Shown here piece after piece: positions 54,172 through 63,801 of a stretch of 64,000 nucleotides of DNA; the stretch's first letter is position 1, and each line of letters opens with the position of its first letter. The notes beneath the pieces are model-generated. The model was not told the origin of the DNA and searched no databases. It saw nothing but the letters and a program-made list of their open reading frames with translations. Where the stretch lies: the IMG/VR virus record IMGVR_UViG_3300046504_000138, positions 6,638 through 70,637 of that record. One strand, given 5' to 3'. The position numbers and the translations under genes were made by a program. The stretch is from a virus.

Positions 54172-54540
54172 ATGAATTACAATGAATTTTTAAGAAAAAT
54201 TATTGATGAAGGTATTGAAGCAGCAAAAGCCGATTATACTGAGGAATCTGATAAACAACGTTTAGAAGGTTCAATTGCAGGATTTGAAGCCTGTCGTGAT
54301 AAAACTCCTGAAGAACTTGTTGAAGTGTGGAAAAAAGCATCATCAGATGTTAATAATGCCTTTGGTGATAACGAAAAAAAATATTGGTGGTTTCGTTGTT
54401 TTCAACTTGAAGTCGAATGGGTTTGTAATGTAGTAAGTGCAATGTTATTAAATGAAGGTCGTAAACCTTTATTGGCGTGGTTGCCTACTGCTAATGGTGG
54501 AATGAAAGCATCATCAATACTTGGAGTTAATAAAGAATAA
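54172..54540 (+). CDS. Hypothetical protein
   Basis: ORF in operon. Confidence 0.7.
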   Translation: MNYNEFLRKIIDEGIEAAKADYTEESDKQRLEGSIAGFEACRDKTPEELVEVWKKASSDVNNAFGDNEKKYWWFRCFQLEVEWVCNVVSAMLLNEGRKPLLAWLPTANGGMKASSILGVNKE

Positions 54541-54547
54541 TATTATT

Positions 54548-55117
54548 ATGGAAGAAGAAAAAATTTTAGAACTTAGGATGTACTTCTTTGTACCCTACAA
54601 CATAAGTCCAATACAACAAGCAATCCAGGCAGGTCATTCGGCATTGGAATATGCAGATAAATATGGTGGCGAGGAACAATTTATTCATTTTGTCAGAGAA
54701 CATAAAACTTGGGTGATTCTTAATGGTGGTACTACCAATTCAAGAAGAGACTTTAGTGGTGAAGTTATGGGAACTCTTGATCAGATTGGTGATTTATTAC
54801 TTGCAAATGATATACAATTTGCTTATTTTCAAGAACCTGATCTAAATGATGCACTTACAGCACTTTGTTTTATCTGTGATGAACGAGTATTTAATAAAGA
54901 AGATTATCCTGACTTTTTGGATTATATTTTTGATGTTAAAATGTATCCTGATGCCAGAAAAGAAACACCTGCAGAAAATTATGTAATGCTCAAGATGCAA
55001 CCAATAGAAAAGTTACAGGAAATGTTTCCGGAATACTATAAAGAATGGGTAAGGTTTATTGGTGGAGTGAAAAATGTTTTCCTACGTGAAGTATTAAAAG
55101 GTAAAAAATTAGCATAA
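54548..55117 (+). CDS. Peptidyl-tRNA hydrolase type 2-like protein
   Basis: MY...ISP.Q.AIQAGH, KT.VILNGG and F.EPDL...LTA motifs. Confidence 0.65.
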   Translation: MEEEKILELRMYFFVPYNISPIQQAIQAGHSALEYADKYGGEEQFIHFVREHKTWVILNGGTTNSRRDFSGEVMGTLDQIGDLLLANDIQFAYFQEPDLNDALTALCFICDERVFNKEDYPDFLDYIFDVKMYPDARKETPAENYVMLKMQPIEKLQEMFPEYYKEWVRFIGGVKNVFLREVLKGKKLA

Positions 55118-55144
55118 ATATAAAAAAATTAGAAAAATCCATCT

Positions 55145-55666
55145 ATGAAGAACTGTAAATTTATAATAATTTCAGCAGTTAGTGTTGATGGCATTATCGG
55201 AATCGATAATGAAATTCCTTGGCGAATTCCCGAAGATTTCAAACATTTCAGGAATACCACAATGGGTAATATACTTCTCGTAGGTTATAATACCTACAAA
55301 ATACTTCCGGCAAAAGCATTTGAGGGCAGGGAATATATAGTAATAACAGGCGGTAATCCAATTGAAGATGTTAGTCCTGATATTTATCATTTCAGAGATT
55401 TAGATATGGTTTTTAGTGTACTAAGTAGTCATAATTTAGACTTTGATAAAATTTTTATTGCAGGTGGAGAAACGGTATACAATTCATTAATAGATTATTG
55501 TGAGGAAGCAATCATTACTTGGGTAAATAAAACTATACCAAATGGTAATAAAAGGTTTCCGATTGTCAAATTATTTGCTAATTTTGAGGTTTATAGTGAT
55601 CAGGATTGGCAGATAAGCAAATCAGGTGAACAGTATAAAATAACTTTTTATAAACGAAGATCATGA
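55145..55666 (+). CDS. folA: Dihydrofolate reductase
   Basis: GIIG.DN.IPW.IPED..HF...T.G, LP....GR and FIAGG motifs. Confidence 0.88.
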   Translation: MKNCKFIIISAVSVDGIIGIDNEIPWRIPEDFKHFRNTTMGNILLVGYNTYKILPAKAFEGREYIVITGGNPIEDVSPDIYHFRDLDMVFSVLSSHNLDFDKIFIAGGETVYNSLIDYCEEAIITWVNKTIPNGNKRFPIVKLFANFEVYSDQDWQISKSGEQYKITFYKRRS

Positions 55667-55962
55667 AAAAAGAAATCAGAATTTCTATTGTTGGCAATAC
55701 TGCCACCGGAAAATCAGCATTGATGTTTGAGGTTTACAATCTTCTAACCGAATTAGGATTTGACGTTGAATTACCGCCTATGAGCAGAGAAAATGGCGAT
55801 GATTATGCGAATCATGAATCCTTTATTAATCAAATGCTTTCTTGCAGGGAAGAACGACTGAATGCCGTTAAAGCCAAGACAAAAATAACTTTAAGGGAAA
55901 TACAATCGTATAATGTTAACCAAAAAGAAATCATCCCCGAAGAAACCGATAACGACAATTGA
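55663..55962 (+). CDS. Small P-loop-containing protein
   Basis: GNTATGKS. Confidence 0.55.
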   Translation: MKKEIRISIVGNTATGKSALMFEVYNLLTELGFDVELPPMSRENGDDYANHESFINQMLSCREERLNAVKAKTKITLREIQSYNVNQKEIIPEETDNDN

Positions 55963-56452
55963 AATGGAAGTGGCAATAGCCAAGTATTATGGAGTACGAC
56001 AAAACATTATTGTACCGAATATTAGTTGGGGGTTGCCTGGAATGCATGAATGTGATATGTTCATTATATCAAGAGCAGGATTAGTAACAGAAATTGAACT
56101 AAAACGAAGTAAATCAGACCTTTTAGCAGATTTTAAGAAAGGGCATGATCATAAAGACAGAGCAAACCGGATATGTGAATTTTATTATGGAATGCCCGAA
56201 GATTTATATGAAAAAGTTAAAAACCTGATACCTGAAGGCGCAGGAATACTAACTTGTCAAAGACCCGATTGGGATGAAAGTGGAATGAGAATATATGTAA
56301 ATGAAAAACGTAAACCACTGAGAAGAAAAAATGCAAGGAAATTAACTGAAAAAGAACAATTTAAAATAGCATGGCTTGGCACAATGAGAATTTGGACACT
56401 GAAAGAAAAAATAATTAAACTGCAAAAAAATGGAATTGCCAAAAAGGTTTAA
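55913..56452 (+). CDS. PD-(D/E)xK nuclease-like (MmcB-like) protein
   Basis: HECD...EIELKRSKSDL.AD.KK; FYY..P; IP..AG motifs. Confidence 0.7.
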   Translation: MLTKKKSSPKKPITTIEMEVAIAKYYGVRQNIIVPNISWGLPGMHECDMFIISRAGLVTEIELKRSKSDLLADFKKGHDHKDRANRICEFYYGMPEDLYEKVKNLIPEGAGILTCQRPDWDESGMRIYVNEKRKPLRRKNARKLTEKEQFKIAWLGTMRIWTLKEKIIKLQKNGIAKKV

Positions 56453-57047
56453 TAACCGACCTAACGACCATATATCATATGGTTTTAATTCACAAGCAAC
56501 GGGACTAAAAATAAAACAAGATTATTTTATTGGAAGAGCAACAGCATTAGTTGGTGTGGTACTTGCATTTACGCCCAATGGTTTATCAGTTCTTATAAGT
56601 AAAAGATCAGATAAAATGAGAGACGAAGCCAATAGGGTTGGCATACCTTGTGGTTATCTTGATTGGGACGAAACTCGTTATGAAGGTATGATGCGTGAAA
56701 TATATGAAGAAACATCTTTATACATGCCTGATTATGAAAAATATGTGATCTTTGATAATAATAAAAATGCGTTTCATGTCAAAGATAATCCCAAAACAGA
56801 TAAACGTCAGAATGTTTCTCATATATTTCTTACTGTATATGATTTTGCTAAAACAGAAGAAGCAATAAAAAACTTTCCTGTAGGTATTGAAGCATTTAGT
56901 TGTGGAGAAACTGCATGGGTAAAATGGATGAAAATTGTTGATTTTTATGCAACATATATGAATTATGAATGGGCATTTAATCATGATGAAACAATAAAAT
57001 CAGCACTACAATTTTTTAACAGTAATTTTAATAGAGAAGAACTATGA
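56430..57047 (+). CDS. Nudix hydrolase
   Basis: PCGYLDWDE.......REIYEET Nudix box. Confidence 0.8.
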   Translation: MELPKRFNNRPNDHISYGFNSQATGLKIKQDYFIGRATALVGVVLAFTPNGLSVLISKRSDKMRDEANRVGIPCGYLDWDETRYEGMMREIYEETSLYMPDYEKYVIFDNNKNAFHVKDNPKTDKRQNVSHIFLTVYDFAKTEEAIKNFPVGIEAFSCGETAWVKWMKIVDFYATYMNYEWAFNHDETIKSALQFFNSNFNREEL

Positions 57048-57331
57048 AAATAAAAGCAAAAGATTTATTGAAACTTGGTTTCAAAAGAGAAGATAATATT
57101 CCTGTTCATGAATTAGATAGGCAAGAATATCATTACTATACTTATAGTATTGATTTAACAAAAAAAGACAAATGCCTCTTGATCACTTGTACTAATGACG
57201 AAAAGGAAAACGGTGGATATTTTGTTGAATTCTATGATATGCAAGGCATTAGATTTAACAAACTTGAAGACCTGAAAAAACTCATTAAGGTAATACAAAA
57301 AGCAGAAACAAAATATTATCAACCTGACTAA
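57044..57331 (+). CDS. Hypothetical protein
   Basis: ORF in operon. Confidence 0.65.
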   Translation: MKIKAKDLLKLGFKREDNIPVHELDRQEYHYYTYSIDLTKKDKCLLITCTNDEKENGGYFVEFYDMQGIRFNKLEDLKKLIKVIQKAETKYYQPD

Positions 57332-58755
57332 TGACAATGCTTGATAATCAATTACAACTTACTTCTGGCAAACTGATAACTTTTAATGACGAGCAGTTTG
57401 AAGGTATTAAAAAGATAAACCATTGGTTAAAAAATGGTAATACTTTTTTCACCTTGGCAGGTTATGCAGGTACTGGGAAGTCAACAATAATTAAAAAAAT
57501 ATTGGATACTTATCGTTGGGGAGTAGTTGTTTCAGCACCTACGCATAAAGCCAAAAAAGTTGTAATGAACACCACCGGAGAAGATGGTCAAACCCTGCAT
57601 GCACTTTTGGGATTAAGACCCGATCTGGATTTGGATAACTTTAATCCTAATGATCCTAAATTTAATCCAATTGCATTAGCAAAAATTAACGATTATAACT
57701 TTGTTATTATTGACGAAGCATCAATGATTAACCAAGAATTATATGATCTGATATTAGATAAAACAAAAAATAATAGAACTAAGGTTCTTTTCATGGGTGA
57801 TCCTGCACAGATTCCACCTGTTGGCGAAAAAGAATCAGTGGTGTTCAAACAACAAAACGATATAAATGAATTTCATCAATTAACTAAAATCGAAAGACAA
57901 ACAGATACTAATCCGTTGGCTTTTGTATATGATGCACTTAGAAATAACCTTAATACTCTTGATGGTGGTTTTCTGAGACGATCATGTATGAACGAACACG
58001 GTGAAGGTGTTATATTTACTATTAATAAAAAAGAATTCCGAGACGCAGTTATTGATAGATTTAAATCACCTGAGTTCAAAAAAGATACAGACTTCGTTAA
58101 ACTGATTGCTTGGAAAAATGATACTGTCATGGAATCCAATAAGATCGTCAGAACTGCTTTACTTGGTGATAAAACCGATATTGTTGAAATTGGTGATGTT
58201 CTTATGGCATATAGAAGTGTTAGTGATTCAAAACAAAGATATAATATAATTGAAAACAGTGCGGATTATCGTGTAATGGAAAAGTCCGGTTTGGAAATGA
58301 ATCAATATGATATCAAAGGTTATCAGGTCAAGTTAAGAGAAGACCTTCCGCATAGGAATTATAAATTTCAAGACGTATTTATTGTGGATTCTAATGATCA
58401 TGAAAATCTGCATTTATATGCTGATATGCACGACTTTTTCCGGGATATGGGCAAGTCAAATAAAAAAATGTGGACGAAATATTATGAATTTAGGCGCAAT
58501 AATCTCATAATGAAAACAATTGATAAACATAAAAATGGTACGGAGAGAGGTAGTAGTGATGTAATTGTCAAAGATTTGGATTATGGTTATGCTATAACAG
58601 GTCATAAATCCCAAGGCAGTACATATTCGCATGTATTTGTTTTAGAGAACGATATGAACGCAAATTGGATGTTGAAAGAACGCAATCAAATAAAATATGT
58701 TGCATTAACTCGTCCAAGTCTTAGTGCAACGGTATTAACTACTAAATTGGATTGA
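57331..58755 (+). CDS. Dda/RecD-like SF1B DNA helicase
   Basis: GYAGTGKS, APTHKA, IDEASM, GDPAQIPPV, YAIT.HKSQGST and YVA.TR motifs. Confidence 0.92.
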   Translation: MTMLDNQLQLTSGKLITFNDEQFEGIKKINHWLKNGNTFFTLAGYAGTGKSTIIKKILDTYRWGVVVSAPTHKAKKVVMNTTGEDGQTLHALLGLRPDLDLDNFNPNDPKFNPIALAKINDYNFVIIDEASMINQELYDLILDKTKNNRTKVLFMGDPAQIPPVGEKESVVFKQQNDINEFHQLTKIERQTDTNPLAFVYDALRNNLNTLDGGFLRRSCMNEHGEGVIFTINKKEFRDAVIDRFKSPEFKKDTDFVKLIAWKNDTVMESNKIVRTALLGDKTDIVEIGDVLMAYRSVSDSKQRYNIIENSADYRVMEKSGLEMNQYDIKGYQVKLREDLPHRNYKFQDVFIVDSNDHENLHLYADMHDFFRDMGKSNKKMWTKYYEFRRNNLIMKTIDKHKNGTERGSSDVIVKDLDYGYAITGHKSQGSTYSHVFVLENDMNANWMLKERNQIKYVALTRPSLSATVLTTKLD

Positions 58756-58756
58756 C

Positions 58757-59020
58757 ATGAAGCAAGAAATTCTTAGAATAACGTGGAAATACATCAGATG
58801 GGCAGGACAAGGGAGAACACCAACATCTTATTGCACTTATATTGCAGAGAATGACAACCATAAACATCGATTAAAAACAAAAGAAGGCACAAAATTATTT
58901 GAATTATTAAAGGAAACAAGAATATTCAAAAACAGAGATCAATCTGAACATGAATTACTTGTTGATGGCGTTTATGACGGCAAAAAATTACTTTATGTTA
59001 CTAATTTCAGAAAAATTTAA
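58757..59020 (+). CDS. Hypothetical protein
   Basis: ORF in operon. Confidence 0.6.
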   Translation: MKQEILRITWKYIRWAGQGRTPTSYCTYIAENDNHKHRLKTKEGTKLFELLKETRIFKNRDQSEHELLVDGVYDGKKLLYVTNFRKI

Positions 59021-59280
59021 TGAAAAAATTTACTCATGGAATAATGGCAGTTGATCCTCTGAATGAAAATGATGAAATGGTGGCAATCGTTCATTTCATT
59101 GGTTTATGGCAAGAACCAACAGAAGAAGAAATTTTACAGTATGCAAAAGAAATAAAGACAAACCCCAAATTCGGGCATACAGATATTGCCAATAGACTTG
59201 TGATATTACAAGCACCACCAGAAATTGTTGAGATATATTATAATATGGCAAATGAACATGAAATCAGTAAATTAAATTAA
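59020..59280 (+). CDS. Hypothetical protein
   Basis: ORF in operon. Confidence 0.6.
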   Translation: MKKFTHGIMAVDPLNENDEMVAIVHFIGLWQEPTEEEILQYAKEIKTNPKFGHTDIANRLVILQAPPEIVEIYYNMANEHEISKLN

Positions 59281-59281
59281 T

Positions 59282-59500
59282 ATGAAAAACTTTATTAATG
59301 CAATTAATTGGAAAAAATTCTTAAGGGTTGAACTTTGGACTATTGGAATATTGTTGTTCTTTTACTTCACGTCACCGAATAAATTTCCACAGAATTTCTA
59401 TGCAGTACCAACAATCATTATATTATTTGACATTATGCTATTAGTGAAAGCACATGTGACTTATTTAGAACGAAAAAACGGAATACGATGGAAAGAGTAA
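59282..59500 (+). CDS. Small two-TM protein
   Basis: Hydrophobic ORF. Confidence 0.55.
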   Translation: MKNFINAINWKKFLRVELWTIGILLFFYFTSPNKFPQNFYAVPTIIILFDIMLLVKAHVTYLERKNGIRWKE

Positions 59501-59985
59501 CGGATAAATATGTATTTTTTTGGAATGGAGAATTCTCCAATTGGTATCCCTGCAGGCATAAGAATATCAAATATAAGGGGTTGACTTTTTTCAATAGTGA
59601 GCAGGCGTTCATGTGGGAGAAAGCAGTGTTCTTTGGTGATATGGAAACCGCAAAAAAGATAGTGGAAAATCCTGATCCGGCAAGATGTAAAAGATTAGGT
59701 CGTTTGGTCAAAGGATTTGATGTAGAGAAATGGTCCGAAGTTAATTACGACATAATGATTGCGGTAAATTATGCTAAATTTACTCAGAATGGCATTTTGA
59801 AAAATACTCTTTTAGAAACAGAAGATAAAATACTTGTCGAAGCCAGTCCATATGATACTATATGGGGAATTGGTTTGCATTGGGAAGATGATGATTGTCT
59901 TGATATGGCAAAATGGAAAGGTCAAAACCTTTTAGGTAAAGCATTAATGTGTGTAAGAAATAAGATTAAATTAGAAAGCAAATGA
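59488..59985 (+). CDS. NADAR family protein
   Basis: FSNWY, SEQ.FM..KA..F.D, K.LGR.V, KF.QN, LVEASPYD.IWGIG and G.NLLG.ALM motifs. Confidence 0.92.
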   Translation: MERVTDKYVFFWNGEFSNWYPCRHKNIKYKGLTFFNSEQAFMWEKAVFFGDMETAKKIVENPDPARCKRLGRLVKGFDVEKWSEVNYDIMIAVNYAKFTQNGILKNTLLETEDKILVEASPYDTIWGIGLHWEDDDCLDMAKWKGQNLLGKALMCVRNKIKLESK

Positions 59986-60260
59986 GCATTGATAAAAAAT
60001 TATTTATTGTCGAATTTGGTGAACCAACCATGCCAAATTTTATGAGTTTTCGTTTTGGTGGTCCAAAACCAATTTATGTTGTTGCAAAAGATTACAATGA
60101 AGCAGCAAATAAGGCAATGTTGTACATGGAAGCAAAAAAAGCAAATATGCCTAAAAAATCGGTTCTTGATGAAGATGGCAGTCTTAATAGATCAATGGAT
60201 ATTGATGAAGAAATTAAAATTATTGGAGTAAGACTTGCTGCCGAAGAAATTATTTGGTAA
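59982..60260 (+). CDS. Hypothetical protein
   Basis: ORF in operon. Confidence 0.6.
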   Translation: MSIDKKLFIVEFGEPTMPNFMSFRFGGPKPIYVVAKDYNEAANKAMLYMEAKKANMPKKSVLDEDGSLNRSMDIDEEIKIIGVRLAAEEIIW

Positions 60261-60264
60261 AAAT

Positions 60265-60294
60265 TGTAACCTTTTCAATTCTTTTTCGTATAAT
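60265..60294 (+). promoter_or_regulatory. ECF-like promoter TGTAAC-N16-CGTATAAT
   Basis: Exact motif, 6 nt before ATG 60301 (near-leaderless). Confidence 0.8.
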
Positions 60295-60300
60295 TGCAGT

Positions 60301-60693
60301 ATGGAAAAGTCACTTATCATATTACGTGGATTGCCTGGCGCAGGTAAATCAGCATTGGCAAAAGTACTTGGCATCAAGGCTGTGTGCTGTGCTGATGACT
60401 ATTTTATATTGCCAAATGGTAAGTACATTTGGAAAGCCGAAAAGATTGGCAGGGCACACGAATGGTGTCAACGTAAATGCAGGAGATTCATGAAGAAGCA
60501 AATAGAACGTATTGCTGTTTCAAATACCTGCACTACTGAAAGAGAATTAACACCATATTTGGATTTAGCACGACAGTTTGGATATAAAGTATTTTCTGTT
60601 GTTGTTGAAAACCGTCATGGTGGACAGAACGATCATAATGTTCCTACGATTACTCTTGATAAGATGAAAGAACGTTTCGAGATAAAATTATAA
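60301..60693 (+). CDS. P-loop kinase (AAA_33/polynucleotide-kinase-like)
   Basis: LRGLPGAGKS, ADDYF, AH.WC, VSNT and HNVP motifs. Confidence 0.85.
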   Translation: MEKSLIILRGLPGAGKSALAKVLGIKAVCCADDYFILPNGKYIWKAEKIGRAHEWCQRKCRRFMKKQIERIAVSNTCTTERELTPYLDLARQFGYKVFSVVVENRHGGQNDHNVPTITLDKMKERFEIKL

Positions 60694-60694
60694 T

Positions 60695-61105
60695 ATGAAA
60701 CTAAATGATATTCGTGAAGGCAATTATGTGAAAGAGTTTGAGTATTCTTCCAGAGGAAGGGCACTTGAACCTTTCTATCGTGTTAAATATGATGATTTGG
60801 GATACTGGCACTTTATGGTTGGTATTCCTATTGATCTGGAATGGTGCAAGAAACTTGGAATGGATACTGAAGAAGTAATGCCACATGCAACGGGTGCTAA
60901 TTATGATTGGATTGCAGAATCTGCAGGACTAAAAGTTCGTGGATTTAAAGGTGGAATAACTGTATTTCACAGCATGGGTGGTTGTACAAGCATATTGGAA
61001 CATATTAAGTACGTGCATCAATTGCAAAACTTTTATTATGGTTATTGGGGATTTGAAATTGATGAAGAAAACCCCACAGAATTTTATAAATTAAAAAATG
61101 AATAA
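60695..61105 (+). CDS. Hypothetical phage protein
   Basis: IKYVHQLQNFYY...G.E motif common in Bacteroidota phage ORFs. Confidence 0.7.
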   Translation: MKLNDIREGNYVKEFEYSSRGRALEPFYRVKYDDLGYWHFMVGIPIDLEWCKKLGMDTEEVMPHATGANYDWIAESAGLKVRGFKGGITVFHSMGGCTSILEHIKYVHQLQNFYYGYWGFEIDEENPTEFYKLKNE

Positions 61106-61652
61106 ATTAATTAACGATATTATTAAACCAAAAAACGGTAGGGAACAAGCAATATGCAATGATCCTGAATTTATTGAAGGTGCTATGTATGGCAAGCCAC
61201 GTGGTGGTCATCCAGAAGGAGCAGTAATTTATCATATCAGGGAAGTGCTCGGTAACATCGATAAATTCTACAGTGATGATCTTGACAGGGATGAACTACG
61301 TGTTATTGCCATCATACATGATAGTTTTAAGCACAAAGTTGATCAAACAAAGCCAAAATTTGGCGATAACCATCATGCTTGGATTGCTGAAAGATTTGCT
61401 CTGAACTATTGTCACAATACCAAAGTACTTACCGTTATTCAATTGCATGATGATGCTTATAATGCTTGGTCGGCAGGTGGAAGACATGGAGATTGGTATA
61501 AGGCAAAAAGACGTGCTGAGAAACTCATAAATGAATTGAATGCACTTGATTGTTTGGACCTCTATGTGAAGTTTTATCGTTGTGACAATCTTACTGGTAA
61601 CAAGTCTCAAGATAATTATGATTGGTTTATTGACTTAGTTGAACAATTATGA
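61098..61652 (+). CDS. HD-domain phosphohydrolase
   Basis: HPEG.V..H, IIHDSFK, HH and HD motifs. Confidence 0.75.
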   Translation: MNKLINDIIKPKNGREQAICNDPEFIEGAMYGKPRGGHPEGAVIYHIREVLGNIDKFYSDDLDRDELRVIAIIHDSFKHKVDQTKPKFGDNHHAWIAERFALNYCHNTKVLTVIQLHDDAYNAWSAGGRHGDWYKAKRRAEKLINELNALDCLDLYVKFYRCDNLTGNKSQDNYDWFIDLVEQL

Positions 61653-62260
61653 TAGATTTTTTATTAAAATTAGCAACAATTGCATGGATTGCATTTGTAA
61701 CATTTTGGGTGATCTATGGTTTACTATTATTTCACCCTGAACTTCCTAATAAAATTTTTGAAATTTTCAGAAAGAAAATTGTATATGAAAAATATACTCT
61801 TGGTGCAACATCAGTTACTGCCGTACAACAAAACCTAATTAAGAAAAATCAAAATCTTTTATCAGAACATGGTGTACCTATTAATAAGGTCAGATTTGTG
61901 TTTCAACCCCAATTTAATTATGATGTGGATAAAAACGTAATCAATCCGGTTTATCACGCATTTTTTCCAATAAGTGGCGAAAGTGGATTATTTGTTAAAA
62001 ATGAACCTGTAATTGAAGTTGGAAAACCTGATAATCTGATGATGGTTGTTGTTGGCAGTTATAAATTTGATGATAACTATGCCTATTTAAAAGAAACACT
62101 GAAACGTTGTAAAATTGGCGTGGTTATTATGATTAATGATGAAATTGTTAATGGTCTTCAAGGTGAACCAATTCTATATAAATTCAGTGTGGATGATGAA
62201 GTAATAAGATTTGCAGTTCTCGATGATGCTGTTGAACACTATAAAAATCCAAAAATATGA
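61649..62260 (+). CDS. Membrane-anchored hypothetical protein
   Basis: N-terminal TM helix. Confidence 0.6.
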   Translation: MIDFLLKLATIAWIAFVTFWVIYGLLLFHPELPNKIFEIFRKKIVYEKYTLGATSVTAVQQNLIKKNQNLLSEHGVPINKVRFVFQPQFNYDVDKNVINPVYHAFFPISGESGLFVKNEPVIEVGKPDNLMMVVVGSYKFDDNYAYLKETLKRCKIGVVIMINDEIVNGLQGEPILYKFSVDDEVIRFAVLDDAVEHYKNPKI

Positions 62261-62505
62261 AAAACGATACTTACAAAAGAAAAGGCATTGATAAGACCAA
62301 TTCAAGTTATCAAAAAGACGTTAATCGCCTGAGAAAAAGATGTCACGAATTTCAGGAAAGCATTCAGATGAAAGAACAGTACCAATGGCAGGCATTCGCA
62401 TTTATTCGTGATATGCTATCTCAGGGTAAGATTACCAAGGATGATCTCAGACCTTATTTCAAAAGAAAAAGTCAAGTTAAAAAAGATTTATTGAAATCTA
62501 TGTAA
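62257..62505 (+). CDS. Hypothetical protein
   Basis: ORF in operon. Confidence 0.55.
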   Translation: MKNDTYKRKGIDKTNSSYQKDVNRLRKRCHEFQESIQMKEQYQWQAFAFIRDMLSQGKITKDDLRPYFKRKSQVKKDLLKSM

Positions 62506-62530
62506 CATTTAAGAGTTTCCTTCGTATAAT
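62501..62530 (+). promoter_or_regulatory. ECF-like promoter TGTAAC-N16-CGTATAAT
   Basis: Exact motif. Confidence 0.8.
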
Positions 62531-62547
62531 TAAGCAAAAGTGAAACT

Positions 62548-62892
62548 ATGAAATTAATTGTATACTTATCCCTGCTGTTTATCCTCTACGAATTGCTCAA
62601 GGCAATTATGGCAGGTACGTATTGGAGAATTGCATGCATGAAAGTAAGAAGTCTACCAATAAGATTATTGGATTTCATGTATGTGATATTTTTAATCTAT
62701 CTATGTTTCGTTTCATATTGGTATGTTAGTGTTGCTATACTTATAATTTCAATAATCACAGCACTACAAACCACTGATGACGTTATTGAAAAAACTAAAT
62801 TCAATAAAAGAATCAGAGGATATTTAATTGCCGATAACATAGTTTCAATACTATTTCTATTACTAATTGTTATTAAAGAAATACGATTATGA
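62548..62892 (+). CDS. Membrane protein
   Basis: 3-4 hydrophobic helices. Confidence 0.65.
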   Translation: MKLIVYLSLLFILYELLKAIMAGTYWRIACMKVRSLPIRLLDFMYVIFLIYLCFVSYWYVSVAILIISIITALQTTDDVIEKTKFNKRIRGYLIADNIVSILFLLLIVIKEIRL

Positions 62893-63158
62893 CAGTTCAA
62901 TTATTATTAACACCGGAATTGTGGAAAACTATGCCTGAAACTATAACTGTAACGCATAATTTTGGTATGATACGAGTAATATTTCCTGCACTTGAAGAAG
63001 AAAAAGAACCACTAATAATGGATGGGGATAATACAGTTGTTGAAGGCAAAACGGATGAATTCATTAAGTGGTTAAAACCTTTTGATGGCGTTGCAGTTGG
63101 TAATGGAATACCACAAACAGAACAATTTGAGATTATGCATATTGGCGAAAATCTATAA
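62889..63158 (+). CDS. Hypothetical protein
   Basis: ORF in operon. Confidence 0.6.
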   Translation: MTVQLLLTPELWKTMPETITVTHNFGMIRVIFPALEEEKEPLIMDGDNTVVEGKTDEFIKWLKPFDGVAVGNGIPQTEQFEIMHIGENL

Positions 63159-63160
63159 TC

Positions 63161-63553
63161 ATGGCAGTAGTAGGAATAAATTACGAAGATGGTGATGGTT
63201 CAACTTATGAATCTGTCAGAATCCATTATGCAGGTAATAAGGAGAAAATTTTCAAAACCGGAAACTTTGTAAAGGATTGGTATGACATGCGCAAGTTCAT
63301 GATACAAGAACTTATGGATAGTGAACAATTCTTTTGTCATTCATCAAGTGTCGATCATTTCTGTATGGATGGAGCACCATACGATAGTGCATATCTTCAT
63401 ACTACTGATGAAGGCAAACCAATATTAAAATATGTTGACAGAACTGATCCAAATTATCTTATGAATCAAGAAGAAATTTACGAAGGACTTGAATTTTTTG
63501 TACCGGAAGGCACTCAACCTACTTTTGAGGAACTTAAAGAAATATGCAAATGA
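63161..63553 (+). CDS. Hypothetical protein
   Basis: ORF in operon. Confidence 0.65.
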   Translation: MAVVGINYEDGDGSTYESVRIHYAGNKEKIFKTGNFVKDWYDMRKFMIQELMDSEQFFCHSSSVDHFCMDGAPYDSAYLHTTDEGKPILKYVDRTDPNYLMNQEEIYEGLEFFVPEGTQPTFEELKEICK

Positions 63554-63801
63554 TACCGCATGAAAATGATGTTATTATTGGCGTTACTACTATTGAATCT
63601 ACGTGTGCAAAAATCGCATATAATTCCTATAGGGAAGCACAAGCAGTTATTAACTATGGAAAAAATCATCGTAGATACGTCAATGGTAGAAGAATCAACA
63701 GAAAGGTTGGCAAGAAAGATAAACGACCTGTACGAAGTTACAGATGTCCCGAATGTGGCAAATGGCATTTAACAAGTTCACCTAATGAAATAATAATATG
63801 A
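63544..63801 (+). CDS. Small Zn-finger protein
   Basis: C.K..Y....A...R.Y.CPECG.WHLTS. Confidence 0.7.
   Translation: MQMIPHENDVIIGVTTIESTCAKIAYNSYREAQAVINYGKNHRRYVNGRRINRKVGKKDKRPVRSYRCPECGKWHLTSSPNEIII

Noticed and set aside
4194-63772. Numerous short antisense or alternate-frame ORFs in the track (e.g. 4194-4397, 17072-17371, 25584-25922, 42686-42955)
   Set aside because: They are nested in longer, motif-bearing genes and show no independent signals
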